Assembly (NCBI GenBank): GCA_012295275.1
Contig: CM022668.1
Location: 1,798,001 to 1,862,000 of the forward strand
Length of the DNA: 64,000 nucleotides
Source of the DNA: Chrysomallon squamiferum
Lineage: Eukaryota; Animalia; Mollusca
Reading direction: 5' to 3'
Within the stretch, counting starts at the first letter, position 1; the number at the start of each line of letters is the position of its first letter. Shown in pieces: positions 1-22,084 of the stretch. Both the position numbers and the translations under genes were made by a program. The notes beneath the pieces are model-generated. The model ran no database searches, was not told the origin of the DNA, and saw only the letters and a list, made by a program, of their open reading frames with translations.

Positions 1-251
1 GTCATATGTCACATTAGTTGTACAACAGTTACGGTATATGGGGAATAAATGTAGGTATCAAGTAGTAGTAGTAGTAGTGGTAGTAGTAATAACAGTAGTG
101 GTGGTAGTAGTAGTGGTGTTAGTAGTAGTAATAGTAGGAGGGATAGTAGTAATAATAGTAGTAGCAGTAGTTGTAGTATTAGCAGTAGCTGAAGTAGTAA
201 TATAAATAGTAGTATAGTAGTAGTAGTAATAGTAGTAATAATAATAAATAC

Positions 252-8886
<8,635 letters not shown>

Positions 8887-10023
8887 CTGAAATATATTAA
8901 TATCTCTATATTAATTGTACACCTGTCTGCTAACAAAATTCAAGGGGATTCAGCGTATTAATTTATATATTATGATATGAACTAAAATGTTGATAAATAA
9001 AGTAATGATATGTTTATACATTTTTTTCACAAACACCGATGCACATCTAATCTTTGACTATATAAATAACAAAGTGACTCTCTTTGAATTGCTTAGCATT
9101 TAGAGATGGATCTTGTGTATGTAATAGTGTGACTGATTGGTATATATGAGTGTGTAAGATTGAATTAAGCCTGTGATACAGTTTAAAATCAATCCAATCC
9201 ACAGTGAATAACAGTGGCCTATTGCACTGATTAAAACTGGTTTAACCCTCTGAGAACATCAACATCAGTATATACGTAATAAGTTTTGTAGTTGACATCG
9301 TTCATATTATAAATAATATTAGTATCAACATCATGATCATCGGTCATTATACTAAATTCTGAGTAGACGAAACAAGGAAAAAAAAAAAAAAAAAAAAAAA
9401 AAATTAAGCCTGTCGAAGCAATAGTTCAACAAAGACTGAGGGAAAAAAACAACAAAAAACCCGCGATTCGTATTAAAATTATATAAAGTTTATTTGTTTC
9501 ATCCACAATCAATGGCACATATTAATGCTTTTATTATTACTACTACTACAGTTATACAAACCACAGAGTGAAAAGATGGACAAAACATTCACGATATTCC
9601 ATTGATATATAGCCTGGAAAAACAAATAATAATAATAAATGAAAAGAAACAAAAATAATGAACATATTTAAAAATAAATATATAGAAGGATAGATAGAGG
9701 GAGACAGAGGGGTGATGCAAACACCTCTACAACTAAAGACTATACTAAGTACCGTTTTATCAATATATCAGTATCAGTATTGTTTATAATCATCATCATC
9801 ATCATCATCATCATTTGCTGTTGTTATTATTATTATTCTTTTAATTTCTTTCAAAATATCCAGTACCATATTTACTTAAATAATCTGTTTAATGTAAGTC
9901 AGACCTAACACAAACTATTTTTGTGTAAACACAGCAACTGTGACTGGTATCTGTCAATGATTTAAACACTATCAATGACTATCTTATATTATCAACAATG
10001 TATCGCTGATATCCATAATATCG

Positions 10024-10062
<39 letters not shown>

Positions 10063-11246
10063 TCCTAGCATTCTATATGCATGTACAAAGTTGAAATGAC
10101 TTAATAAAATAATATGGAAATGCAAGTAAATTAGAAAAGAATATTCTTAAGACCTGTACAGTTGACAATTGTTAGCAGCGATTTTCTTCATATCGTGGTA
10201 CATTCTGCTGTAAGGAGTACGTAACTGATAAATACATAAATATTCTTTACCTTGTACATTATTTGTTCGTAGATTTCACACACGGTTTTGAATAAAACGA
10301 CAATGGAAACTGAAGTTAGCCAAGATATTCTTACGTCTGCTGACGAAATAATTATTCCATAGTGACGTCATAGGTTAACTACTCATTAATTTTATATTTT
10401 AGCGTAAAGATTTTAAATACATTTAAATACTTATAAATTTATTTATTTATTTATTTATTTATTAAACTTTTAATTTTATTTTAACACACTATAAATTATG
10501 TATATATATATATATATATTTTGTATGTATGTATTTTTCGTTTGTGTGTGTGTGGTGTGTGTGTGTATATATATATTTATATGTATGTATGAAAGTCTGG
10601 CTATCTCTCTGTCTGTCTGTACGTGTATATTTATATGAATATGTTTGTTTGTATGTTTGTTTGTGTAATTTGTGTATACTTTTAGTCTAGCAGTCAACTT
10701 AGGGAGCCCTGTACCGTCAGTTTAAATAATCTAAGTGATGAATATTTATGTTCAGAGATGAATTACACACCCATTAATCCTCTTTATTTAATCATGATCA
10801 AAGATTTACGACAACAAGGGTTAACGTGTTTAGTAATTATCAGATTGCAACGTCGTTAACCCGTGATCCCCAAACACGGTGATAATCTCATGTAATTTGT
10901 ATTCACCGTCAACACATGAAAACGCGATCAGAATATCTTCAGTATATTGCAGTCTGCTGATGTATGCGAGAGAGTGACGACATAGAGAGATAGATAAAAA
11001 GTAAGAGAAAAAGAGAAAGACGGACAGAAAGATATATAGAGGGAAAGAAGGAGAGATGAACAGAGAGAGAAAGAGAAAGAGAGATGGACAGATAGATAGG
11101 AAGGTAGATAGACATACGGACAGATAGACAGACAGATAAACTGATAGGGAGAAAGAGAGAGGTGGGAGAGAAAGAAAGAAAGTGAAAAAAGTAGAATAAA
11201 GAAAAAAAAAATCAAAGTAACCTGCTATGCAGTTACATTTTTTCAG

Positions 11247-11431
11247 TCAACAGCGACAAACTTTGTCCATATTCAGACAAACGGGTAATTTGTTACACTG
11301 TAAAGGTACCATGCATGTAACGTAGCACGCATCAACAATGTAAAACTCTAGATCTATGTCACACTGTAGATAATTACGTTCAGCTCTACACTTCATCACT
11401 GGCTTTGCTGTTAGACATATCTTTTCATGAT
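11247..11431 (-). other. Candidate cysteine-rich exon (unassigned)
   Basis: Acceptor-like ttaactgatttgtttacatcag precedes 61 codons with 9 Cys, ending in TGA. No family recognised with confidence. Confidence 0.25.
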
Positions 11432-11639
11432 CTGATGTAAACAAATCAGTTAATGTTAAAATAAACACCTCGTCATTATTTGAGTAGAGATAGTAACTGC
11501 GTTAATGGCTATTTTCTCCTATAAATAAAATGTGTTTATAAAAACATTAAAATGCGTGGCGCACTGGTTGGAACGGGAATAATCACTTTACCTTTAGCAC
11601 TTCAGAATAAGTAATTTCCTCGTGTTATAATCAAATTAA

Positions 11640-12505
11640 TAAGAGAGTAACAAAGTGCGTCCTGTTTGATACAGTCAAATGTAACAACAGAGTAACAGAC
11701 TGCGTACTTTTTATTACAAGCAAATGTAACGGCAGTGTAACACTGCGTACTTTTTAATACAGGCAAATGTAACAAAAGAGTAACAGACTGCCTACTTTTT
11801 ATTACAAGCAAATGTAACAACAGATTATAACAGACTGCGTACTTTTATTACAAGCAAATGTAACAACAGATTATAACAGCCTGCGTACTTTTTAATACAG
11901 GCAAATGTAACAACAGAGTAACAGACTGCGTACTTTTTAATACAGACAAATGTAACAACAGAAGTAACAACAGAGTAACAGACTGCGTACTTTTTAATAC
12001 AGGCAAATGTAACAACAGAGTAACAGACTGCGTACTTTTTAATACAGGCAAATGTAACAACAGAGTAACAGACTGCGTACTTTTTAATACAGACAAATGT
12101 AAAACAGAGTGACTGCGTAACAACAGACAAATAACAACACAGACTGCGTACTTTTTAATACAGACAAATGTAACAACAGAGTAACAGACTGCGTACTTTT
12201 TAATACACAAATGTAACAACAGAGTAACAGACTGCGTACTTTTTAATACAGGCAAATGTAACAACAGAGTAACAGACTGCGTACTTTTTAATACAGGCAA
12301 ATGTAACAACAGAGTAACAGACTGCGTACTTTTTAATACAGGCAAATGTAACAACAGAGTAACAGACTGCGTACTTTTTAATACAGACAAATGTAACAAC
12401 AAAGTAACAGACTGCGTACTTTTTAATACAGACAAATGTAACTACAGAGTAACTGATTGCGTACTTTTTAATACAGGCAAATATAACAACATAGTAACAG
12501 ATTGC
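11640..12505. repeat. 45-bp minisatellite
   Basis: Unit aatgtaacaacagagtaacagactgcgtactttttaatacaggca, near-identical copies. Confidence 0.95.
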
Positions 12506-13309
12506 ACACTATTTGTTACAAATGTAACAACGGATTTACAATCTTCTTTCTGTAAGTTACAATTAACTGTAACAACTGAGTTACAACCTGCTTCCTGTTG
12601 TCACAAATAACTGTATCTGTACAAGCAGATCACGTGATCACTCAAGCAGTACTAGTGTTATAGGTGTACTAAAGCTGTTAATGGTTTCTGTGGTAGAAGT
12701 AACGTCGCCAACGCCAGTACAGAAGTGGCTGGTTTTGAAGATATCTCTTACACTAATGAAACTTTTGTGTCTATTCAGTACTTTTCTTAGACATCAGCAT
12801 TGACGTTGTCTCGATGATGTGTATTTTCTTAGACCGGCATGGACTGGTCATGTGGATTTATGCGTGTGAGGTTAATTAGAGCACTTCTGTGTTTAGAAAT
12901 CACGTGTCATAAACTTGACATGCGTTATTTGTTTTCTTGATCACTCTCACAAAGAACTGTTTCGGCGTTTTCTTTAATATCTTAGTAGCGTGTTGTTAAG
13001 AAATACAGATATCTGTACATGTTCTTGGCTATCTGAAAATTTTGTAATAATAAATCATTTTATTTGTTTCGGACCATTTAATTATATTTCACTCATTTAT
13101 AAATTAGTAGTAATTTAATGACATTAATAATTAGTTTTAAATATAAATTGTGAGTATATATATATATGTGTATATAAATATGAATATTAATTTGTAGTTT
13201 TATTTTTAGATTTTTTTCTTTAACTAAGGTTAAAATATTTAATCAAATTGGTCAACATTTAGTTTTGTTTTCATACGTGTGTGAGAAGAAAATAATCCAT
13301 ATGTAAATA

Positions 13310-13450
13310 AGTAAAATAAAATGAAATGAAATGAAATAAAATAAAATGGAATAAAATAAAACAAAATGAAATGAAATAAAATAAAATAAAATAAAATGAA
13401 ATGAAATGAAATGAAATAAAATGAAATGAAATGATATAAAATAAATAAAG
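13310..13450. repeat. (AAAAT/GAAAT)n pentanucleotide repeat
   Basis: Direct inspection. Confidence 0.9.
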
Positions 13451-14349
13451 GAAAGAAAAGAAAGAAAATATGAAAAAGAAAAAGAAAACAATAGAAAATA
13501 GGAAGTTAATAGTATTATAAACTTTTAAATAAATGAAATGCTTTATTTCATCCAAAAATGTAAATAGAGGCACCACTCTACAGCATACGAGTTCCCCCTG
13601 TCAATACTGGATGTAATTGAAATGAAATGAATGTCAGTTAAGTATCCAATAGAAACCGACACAGACCGCCAGCTGACGTGAGCATGAAAACCAGATAATG
13701 GTCTCCATGGAACATTAACACGAAGATGATGACGTGAAAGGAGAAGAAAAAAACTTCATGCATTCTAAGAAATTCAGCGACAATACTGTTTGTGTGTGTC
13801 GTTTAGAAAGTTTTACAAATACTGAGGTCGTGATCGTGATTTCACCTAGTGACTTATTGCAGTTTTCACATAGTTATCGTACATCGTGTTTCGTGTCAGT
13901 TAGTGGAGTTTTCGCATAGTTATTATACATCGTGTTTTTTATGACATAACAGAGTTTTTATATAGCTATCATACATATGGAATAAGAGCAAGGGTTAAAA
14001 AAAACAAAAACAAGGTAAGTGAAATTTAAAAAATAATTTTCTGAGAATCATTTATACATATCTGACATATGAATAAATCAGTTTAACGTTTTGAATCATT
14101 CAGTATATTTATAAATTGAAACAAGCAAAATTTAGATGATGATTTAATAGTGTGACTGAAGTTGAGGTTATTATTAGTAATGTTTGATGAAAACACTGGT
14201 TTCGTAATTAATTAACGTACTGAGGTGTAAATGTTGATATTTTTTACCTGTCATTATTTATAATTTTCAGCGTGACTATTTTACCTGTTTATGTAACAGT
14301 TTAGCTGCACTTTATTTTATTTATAAAACTAGATCTATTGTTTTAAATT

Positions 14350-14900
14350 TAATTCTTTAGACATTGTATATTACTGCAATATTTAGATGTATTGTATATT
14401 ACATGTAACATAGATATATTAATATTATAATATATCAATATTAAATGTAACAGATATCTTAAATATTACATGTAACACAGATATATTGTATCTTACTTGT
14501 GATGCTTTATAGGTATTGTATATAAGCTATAATCTTTAGACATATTGTATACTAACTGTATTGTATATAAATGTATTGTAAATTAGATATTTTACGTGTT
14601 ACAATTCAAATATATTGTGTATTGCATGTAACAATTAAGGTGTATTGTACATAAAGTGTTACATTTTAGAGGTATTGTGTATTATTTGTAACACATTTAG
14701 ATATATTGTATAGTGCATGTACCACATTTACATGTATAGTATATTACATTTAGATCTATAGTACATGTAACAGTTAAGATGTATGTAAACTATAGAACTT
14801 CAGAGGTATGGTATGTTATTTGTAAAACATTTAAATATAATGTATATTTACTGTACATTAGTGTAATACTTAAAATATACTGCACGTTACATGTAATACT
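14350..14900. repeat. Degenerate tandem repeat of about 30 bp
   Basis: Recurrent tattgtatattacatgtaaca...tttaga. Confidence 0.7.
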
Positions 14901-15307
14901 TAATACTTTCACTGTGTTTCTCTTTTCGCTTTAAAGATGTATAAACTATGGATACAAATCGTGACACAATTCCGAAGTTATAGAAATATATTTTGTAGCC
15001 GATTCTCAGTTATACCACAGTGACAGCGGTCATTTTGAAAATTAAGATTCTCAACTGTAAAATTATATATTTATAAATCCAAATATTATTTTCTCTCGTC
15101 CTTTTTACAGGTCAATTCGGTCATGCATAGATTAGAAGTTACAAAAATGTAAAATTACACAAGGACTTTATAAAGACTTTGTACATATACTTTTTAAAAT
15201 CTGTTTTAAACTGTTTGCTTTAAAATGGGATTTTCTTTCTTTCTTTCGTTCTACTCCATCTTCTTTCTTTTTTTCTTCTTCTCTTCTTCTTCTTCTTCTT
15301 CTTGTTC

Positions 15308-15367
<60 letters not shown>

Positions 15368-17619
15368 TTTTATTTATTTATTTTATATTGTTTTTTTATT
15401 GTACGTTTTCATTCAGTATTTTCATTCAGTAAATTACCACTCAGTTAAATTTCTCTAGTCATTTATCTTCACATTTCTCTCCCAGTTTATTATTAAAATT
15501 TCTGTTGTAAATTATTTTCTGAATTACTTTTGTAAACTGTTAATTAAATTTCTGTTATAAATGATCATTTAAATTTGTTCGGCATTTTATCTGTTAAATT
15601 AGTAAAAATGTTTTGTGTCTTTTTATTTATATCATTACTATTACTACTAGCACTGCTACTGCAATTACTACAGCTACTACTACTACTACTACTACTACTA
15701 TTACTGCTACTACCACTACTATTGCTACTATTATTATTATTATTATTATTATTTCTTTCCTTTTCCTCTTTTTGTTCTGACACTGAAGAAATCTGCGGTG
15801 ATAATTAAAGTATTAAATGTAATTAGCCAAATCAGACCAGATACAAACAACTGTTTATCTCTGATTTCGAAAACAGTATTTTTGAAGTGTTCATAACTAA
15901 ATACTGTCTGTTTACAAGAAAGATGTTCTTGACGTCTGTCTCAGCAACTGTACAAAAACCTACGCAGGGAAAAGGATATTTTCTTAATTAACGCCGTGTT
16001 TCGGGTTTTGTCGCAGCCATTGTTCACGTCTCAATTAGAAGACGTTGACATTAGAACTAATAGCCACGAGGTGGATTTTAAACAAGTTACACCTGCCATT
16101 TACCAAAACTTTCGTATCAGATCATAACCGACACATAACACCATTTTAATTAAACCCGTCGATACTGCCTTATTAACAACACACAAAAACAAAAAGAAAA
16201 ACATTATGTAGAAAACAGAAAAAATATCCCTACAGTCATGTATACACACGCAGACGCACACACACACACACACATGTATATATTCACATGCACCAGCCAA
16301 CACAATATCTTTTTCCAACAATCTAACAGATCACCTGTCTTCATTTCAAAATAATGAATCACCCATGGACAAAACAAAATCACGAACCTCACACTAGAAC
16401 GTAATAAAGAATTGTTTATAGACATAATAGTTCGTTAAAACGTGGTTTCTTACATTAACACTGAACCAGCGATATTCCTTGTGTCTCTGTCTCTAGGTGT
16501 ATGTCTAATTCTATACAGAATTTAAATTTATTTATTTGTTTATTTATACATTATTTTTATTATTATTATTTTAATCTTCATCATCAACATCAACATAAAT
16601 ATTATAATTATTATTAGTTGTTGTCGTTGTTGTAGTAGTAGTAGTCAATCTATTATTATTATTAGTTGTTTTTCTGTGAGTTTATTTATTTATTTATTTA
16701 TCTATTTTAAGAGCGCAGATGCAGCATAAACAAGGGAGGAAATCACAGAGACAAGAGTCCGAACAGGTATTTAAACAATTACGTCACATCTGACATCAGT
16801 CTGGCATTACCCTGACATTAAATCTGACAATAGTATCACCTAATTTCAAACGACAGAATAGAGAATAATGTAGATTCACTCCAACTTGAATATTAATATT
16901 ATAGGTGTTAAAATTAATGAGTGTTAATTATAGTTACCCTCGTAGTTAGTTTAATTAAAAAATATTCTAGTAATTCAACTAGTGTCTAATTGAGATATTC
17001 GAGTAGTTAATTAACGAATGGTTCATTTTTTTACATTTATTTTATTTTATTTTATTTTATTTATTTATTTATATTTTACTTACTTAATTTATTTATTTAA
17101 AAAACTATTTTATTTATTATTTTATTTTTAATTTTTAATTTTTTAATTTTTTCGTTTTTTTTTGATAGACAGCAATCGAGGACTTGAGTATAAATTTTGC
17201 TATTCATCTAGATTACTTTGTTGTTGTTTAGATATGTTCTGAATAATATTTTAATGTTATTTTATATTCTGTAATTATTGAATTCTAGGAAATAAAAGTG
17301 TTTGTTTCTTATAATCGCAGGGAATTCTAGGAACACTGCTTCAGAGACGTCTAGTGATATACAAGAATGTTATGTGATGAAAAATGAACATATTTAATTA
17401 TCTGTTTGTCGACGAAACGAGTAATCGTAGTAAGCACTGTTGACTGGAGGACGTCACTTCTGTCTGGCTTGTCGTAAATATGTCACATTCCTTCCTGGAA
17501 GATATTTGTTTCATTTCAATCTCGCCATTTGGAATCGTGTGAACAGAAAATATATGATAGAGCTGGGTTTTTTTTTTTTTACTTCTCGAACTGCCGTGTT
17601 CTTATTGTGTAACAGTTTG

Positions 17620-17890
17620 ATGTGTGAAAAATCTATAAAACATCTTCTAAATGTACCTGATACATTTGGAATGAAAAATCTATAAAAGAATTTCTAAACT
17701 TAATACATTCGTAAAACAAAAGTCTGTGAAATATTTTCTAAACGTACCCGTATCGGAATGAAAAATCTGTGAAAGATTTTGTAACTGCACTCCATACATT
17801 TGTAATGAAAATTCATAAAAATGTTCTAAACATGTTTGAAACATTTGGAATGAAAAGTCTATACAAAATTTCTAAACGTGCTTGCTACAT
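17620..17890. repeat. Degenerate tandem repeat of about 43 bp upstream of receptor A
   Basis: Recurrent acatttggaatgaaaaatctataaaa...tttctaaac. Confidence 0.8.
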
Positions 17891-18069
17891 ATTATTCAGT
17901 TATAATGAAAGCCTCAATCTATAATAGGATTATGTTTCTATTTTTCTCTGGATTGGATTTAATAGAATTCAGACTATAACACAATCGGATCAGATTATGC
18001 TGCCTTCTTACTGTGTTTCGTGTTGCTGTGATGTTTGACGATGTTAAAGTATTGTTAAAACGAGAATTA

Positions 18070-18070
<1 letters not shown>

Positions 18071-18137
<67 letters not shown>
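18071..18137. repeat. (AAT)n microsatellite just upstream of the receptor A start codon
   Basis: Direct inspection. Confidence 0.95.
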
Positions 18138-18138
<1 letters not shown>

Positions 18139-18200
18139 GCCCAGAAAGGATTGATGTGTGAATGTTGAAATGAAGTGTTAGTGAAAGTGTTAGTGTTAAA

Positions 18201-19191
18201 ATGGAATATTACTCAGGCCACGCTCGCGGGACGAGCACTAATCACACTGGAAGTACATACGACGTGTCTACCGCCTTATACAATAACAGCTCCGCGTCCA
18301 CGGAGAGGATGTCACGAAATGAATCGTTGGCGCTGATTGAAATCGCTGTGCAGGTGACTATCCTCGTCCTCGCCGTGGTCGGAAACTCGCTCGTCGTCCT
18401 GTTCCTGTTTCTCAGGAAGAAGAAGCTGTCACGGATGCATTTCCTCATCCTCCACCTCAGTCTGGCCGACCTGTTTGTCGCGTTCTGTCAGGTTCTGCCT
18501 CAGATCGCCTGGGACATCACGTTCAGATTCAAAGGAGGCGACTTTCTTTGTAGACTTGTCAAATATTTTCAAGGTCTGGCGATGTTCGCGTCTTCCTATG
18601 TGCTCATCACCACCGCAATAGACCGCTACTTCGCCATCTGCCACCCTCTGACCACAAACAGCTGGGGCTCGGGTCAGATCCACAGAATGGTGGCTGCGGC
18701 CTGGACCCTGGCTCTTCTGTTCAGCGTGCCGCAGATGGTGATTTTCTCGTACATGGAAATTGAAGAAGGTTCGGGGATTTACGACTGCTGGGGGGTGTTT
18801 GAACCGCTGTGGAAGCTGCAGCTGTACATTACGTGGATAACAGTTTCTGTGTACATCATTCCCACCGTCATGCTAGTCGTTCTCTACTCCAACATCTGCA
18901 TCGCAGTGTGGAAAAGTGGAAAAACTGCCGAGAAGCTAGCGCCCGGATGTAACAAGCCAAACATTGTGACGAAACTGACGTCACACACCAAAGTGTCAGG
19001 TGGCAGAGGTCTGCTGCGTGGAATATCAGAGGAGAACGTGACGCAGGGGAAACACCTACACGGAATTTCCCGAGCTAAGATTAAAACAATCAAACTGACT
19101 ATGACGGTTATCGTCTGCTACTTAATATGCTGGTCGCCATTTTTCGTCGCACAGATGTGGGCCGCTTATGATCCAAACGCTCCTTTTTATG
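18201..19191 (+). CDS. Vasopressin/oxytocin-type (conopressin/cephalotocin-like) GPCR A, coding exon 1 (TM1-TM6)
   Basis: ATG in aaaATGG context; RNESLALIEIAV, LSLADLFVAFCQVLPQIAWDITFRF, DRY, YDCW, KIKTIKLT, CWSPFFVAQMW; donor TATG|gtaagt, phase 1. Confidence 0.96.
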
Positions 19192-19245
19192 GTAAGTACT
19201 GAGCTGCATTTATTTATTTTATTTGCAATGCTATTTTTAAAAATA

Positions 19246-19282
<37 letters not shown>

Positions 19283-20130
19283 TTCTTTTTTAATTTTTTA
19301 AATTAATTATTTTCATTTTCATTATATTATTATGTCGCTGTTGTGCTGTTTTTATACTTATTTTAAATCATCTTCTCTGTATTTGCTGAAATGTAACTGA
19401 CAGTAACTGGGTTATATCTAACAGTAAATCAATTCGTTTACAGACAACTATTCATTAGTTTATTAAACTACTCACATTTACAAGCCTGTAACAGTGTTAT
19501 TTGAAAAATGTTAACATTACTACGACTGGTTATTGATTTAGTGTAAGACAACCGATGTAAGTAATCGCCTGGTGAAACTGCGATGAACCATAGTGACCGC
19601 TCTGTCTGTTTATTTTATAAATTGACCATTTGCCGGAATGACCACTGGCCTAGCAGTGCTAACAACGGCAGTGAGAACGTCCCCATTATCCGATAAACAT
19701 AGAAAACTGAATTGATTTCATGTGATAATCGCGATTTCAAGATAAACATCTTGATGAATTTCATTACCGGTTTGTCATCGAAATAAAAATAATACAGAGC
19801 GGGTCAAAGGTCACAGTGGAACTATCAGTACTCGTTAGAGCTCGGGGATAACGCAGAGTTCGTGCATCTTCAAACCCTCGCTGTTCCGTCAGCCCCCCTC
19901 AGCACATTACCACAAGCCTACATTCTGTACTAAAATAAGAACCATGTGTACGTGTTCTGTATCAAGAGAAAGTCAATACTGGATTACAAATGGAAACAAA
20001 CAGATAAACAAGGAAAAAAAAAAAAATCGGATGTAGACGTCAAAAACGTCAAATGTTTGTCTTGCTAACAAGTTAAACCTTTTTAAAAAGGAATTAAAAA
20101 TAATCATTTGGAAATAAACTCAGTACATTA

Positions 20131-20203
<73 letters not shown>

Positions 20204-20381
20204 TGATAATAATAATAATAATAGTAATGTCTAAATTAATAAAAGGTTTAGTGGCAGTTGGCCGGCGGTGGCAGAGAACACAGCTCATTAAAAACATTAA
20301 AACAGAAACGTGCGCAGACTCAGAATGTCAACAACTAATTATCTAAAATAAAGTCTGTCCTTACAGAACAGTCACATTAAT

Positions 20382-20451
<70 letters not shown>

Positions 20452-20542
20452 ATATACTATCGCTTTGTCTTCCTCTCTCTCGTGGTATTACATGCAGACA
20501 AATATTATTCTCTTGTTCATTAACGATTTTGCTGTTTTCTAG

Positions 20543-20781
20543 GTCCTACGTACACAATCATTTTACTGCTAGCGAGTCTGAACAGCTGCACAAATCCGTG
20601 GATCTACATGGCGTTCAGTGAGAGTATACTAGACAGCGTCAAAGACTTCTTCCGGATACGCATGCGCAATAGGAGAGAGACCGGTAATGATTCAGGATTT
20701 TCTAGAGTACGTGATTGTGAAAAAACAGTGTTACACTCAAACAGTGATATTCAACATGGATTTTGTACACACAGTGTGTAA
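20543..20781 (+). CDS. Vasopressin/oxytocin-type GPCR A, coding exon 2 (TM7 and C-tail); full protein about 409 aa
   Basis: ttttgctgttttctag|GT; GPTYTIILLLASLNSCTNPWIYMAFSESILDSVKDFFRIR...GFCTHSV*. Not in the ORF track; phase matches exon 1. Confidence 0.95.
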
Positions 20782-21480
20782 TATAACTCATAATACACTA
20801 GACATCAGAGAGTGTGCAATGCAACTGATAATACACTAGAATCATAAGTGTGCAATACAACTTATAATATATACTAGATATCACAGTGTGCAATACATCT
20901 ATTAATACCCTAGAGTCATAAAGTGTGCAATGCAACTCATAATACACTAGACATCATAGTGTGCAATACAACTCATAAAACATTTGAATCATAGAGTGCT
21001 CAATACTCCTTATAATACATGACATCACTGAGTGTGCAATATAATTCATAATAAACTAGACATCATAGAGTGTGCAAAACAAGTCATAATACACTAAACA
21101 TAATACACATTGTGTAAATACAACTCATAATAAACTAGACATCGTAAAGGGTGCAATACAACTCATAATACACTAGATTTCATTGTGTGCAATGCAGCTC
21201 ATGTTACACCAGATATCATAGGTGCAATACAACTCATAACATACTAGACATCATAATGTGCAATACAACTCATAATACTCTAGATATCATAGTGTGCAAC
21301 AACTCATAATACAATAGATATCATAAGTGTGCAATACAGCTCATAATACAGTAGATATAATAGTGGAATTTATACACCTCATAATACACTAGAATCATAA
21401 AGTGCGCAATACAATTCATAATATACTAGACATCATACAGTGTGCAATGCAACTCTTAATACACTAGATATCATGGAGAT
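20771..21480. repeat. About 39-bp minisatellite starting at the receptor A stop codon (3'UTR)
   Basis: Recurrent agtgtgcaatacaactcataatacactagacatcat. Confidence 0.92.
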
Positions 21481-21845
21481 GGCATGATACACTGTGTAAA
21501 GAATAACTCATAATATATAGTATACATTTTCACCAACACAGTGTTTGATATTACAGTGTTATTGGTTGTTGGTTTTATCTTATATTTATTTAAATTTGAC
21601 AACATGTGACTTCTAGTTCCTTCTCATCTTTTTCGTCTTCATTTCTCTTATTAGTTTTGCTTAGAATGAGCTAATTTTACCTTGTGACATTGCCTGTAAT
21701 GTAGATGTCAGTTTTACCCATTGCAATACAGAGATTTCTTCAGTTAATTTGTTTCTTTTTCATTTTATTTTTTTCAATCGACTAGGGAAAATCTAATTGT
21801 CTACAGTTCATAGAATTAAACTTCTTAAAAATAACTTCTTTGTTT

Positions 21846-21889
<44 letters not shown>

Positions 21890-22040
21890 TTCTTTTATTT
21901 ATTTATTCGTTTATTTATTCGTTTATTTATTTATTTTATTTACTTATTTATTCGTTTATTTATTTATTTATTCAATCATTCATTTGTTTAGTTGATTACT
22001 TAATTAATTATATATATTATTGCTATTAATAATAATAATA

Positions 22041-22084
<44 letters not shown>

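Noticed and set aside
10150-10372. Possible first or signal-peptide exon of the TSP1/GON gene (WLTSVSIVVLF..., donor AAG|gtaaag)
   Set aside because: The hydrophobic frame has no upstream ATG, and the donor phase does not match the phase-1 exon at 8886.
11556-11582. gcactggttggaacggga, reminiscent of a gastropod SINE segment
   Set aside because: Too short to support without a database search.
11640-12505. Regular repeat array resembling CRISPR (also 27678-28695 and 44770-45335)
   Set aside because: The units are head-to-tail with no unique spacers, there are no cas genes, and the context is eukaryotic.
18242-19093. Antisense ORFs over receptor A, and alternative-frame ORFs at 38823-39413 over receptor B
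   Set aside because: They are shadows of GC-richer coding sequence with no recognisable motifs.
19192-19202. ORF-track stops suggesting 6-TM truncated receptors (also 38636-38643)
   Set aside because: These are read-through into introns; in-phase TM7 exons exist at 20543 and 33801.
20572-20591. 20-nt identity between the TM7 exons of the two receptors (gcgagtctgaacagctgcac), suggesting gene conversion
   Set aside because: It is short, lies in the invariant ASLNSC motif, and neighbouring synonymous sites differ.
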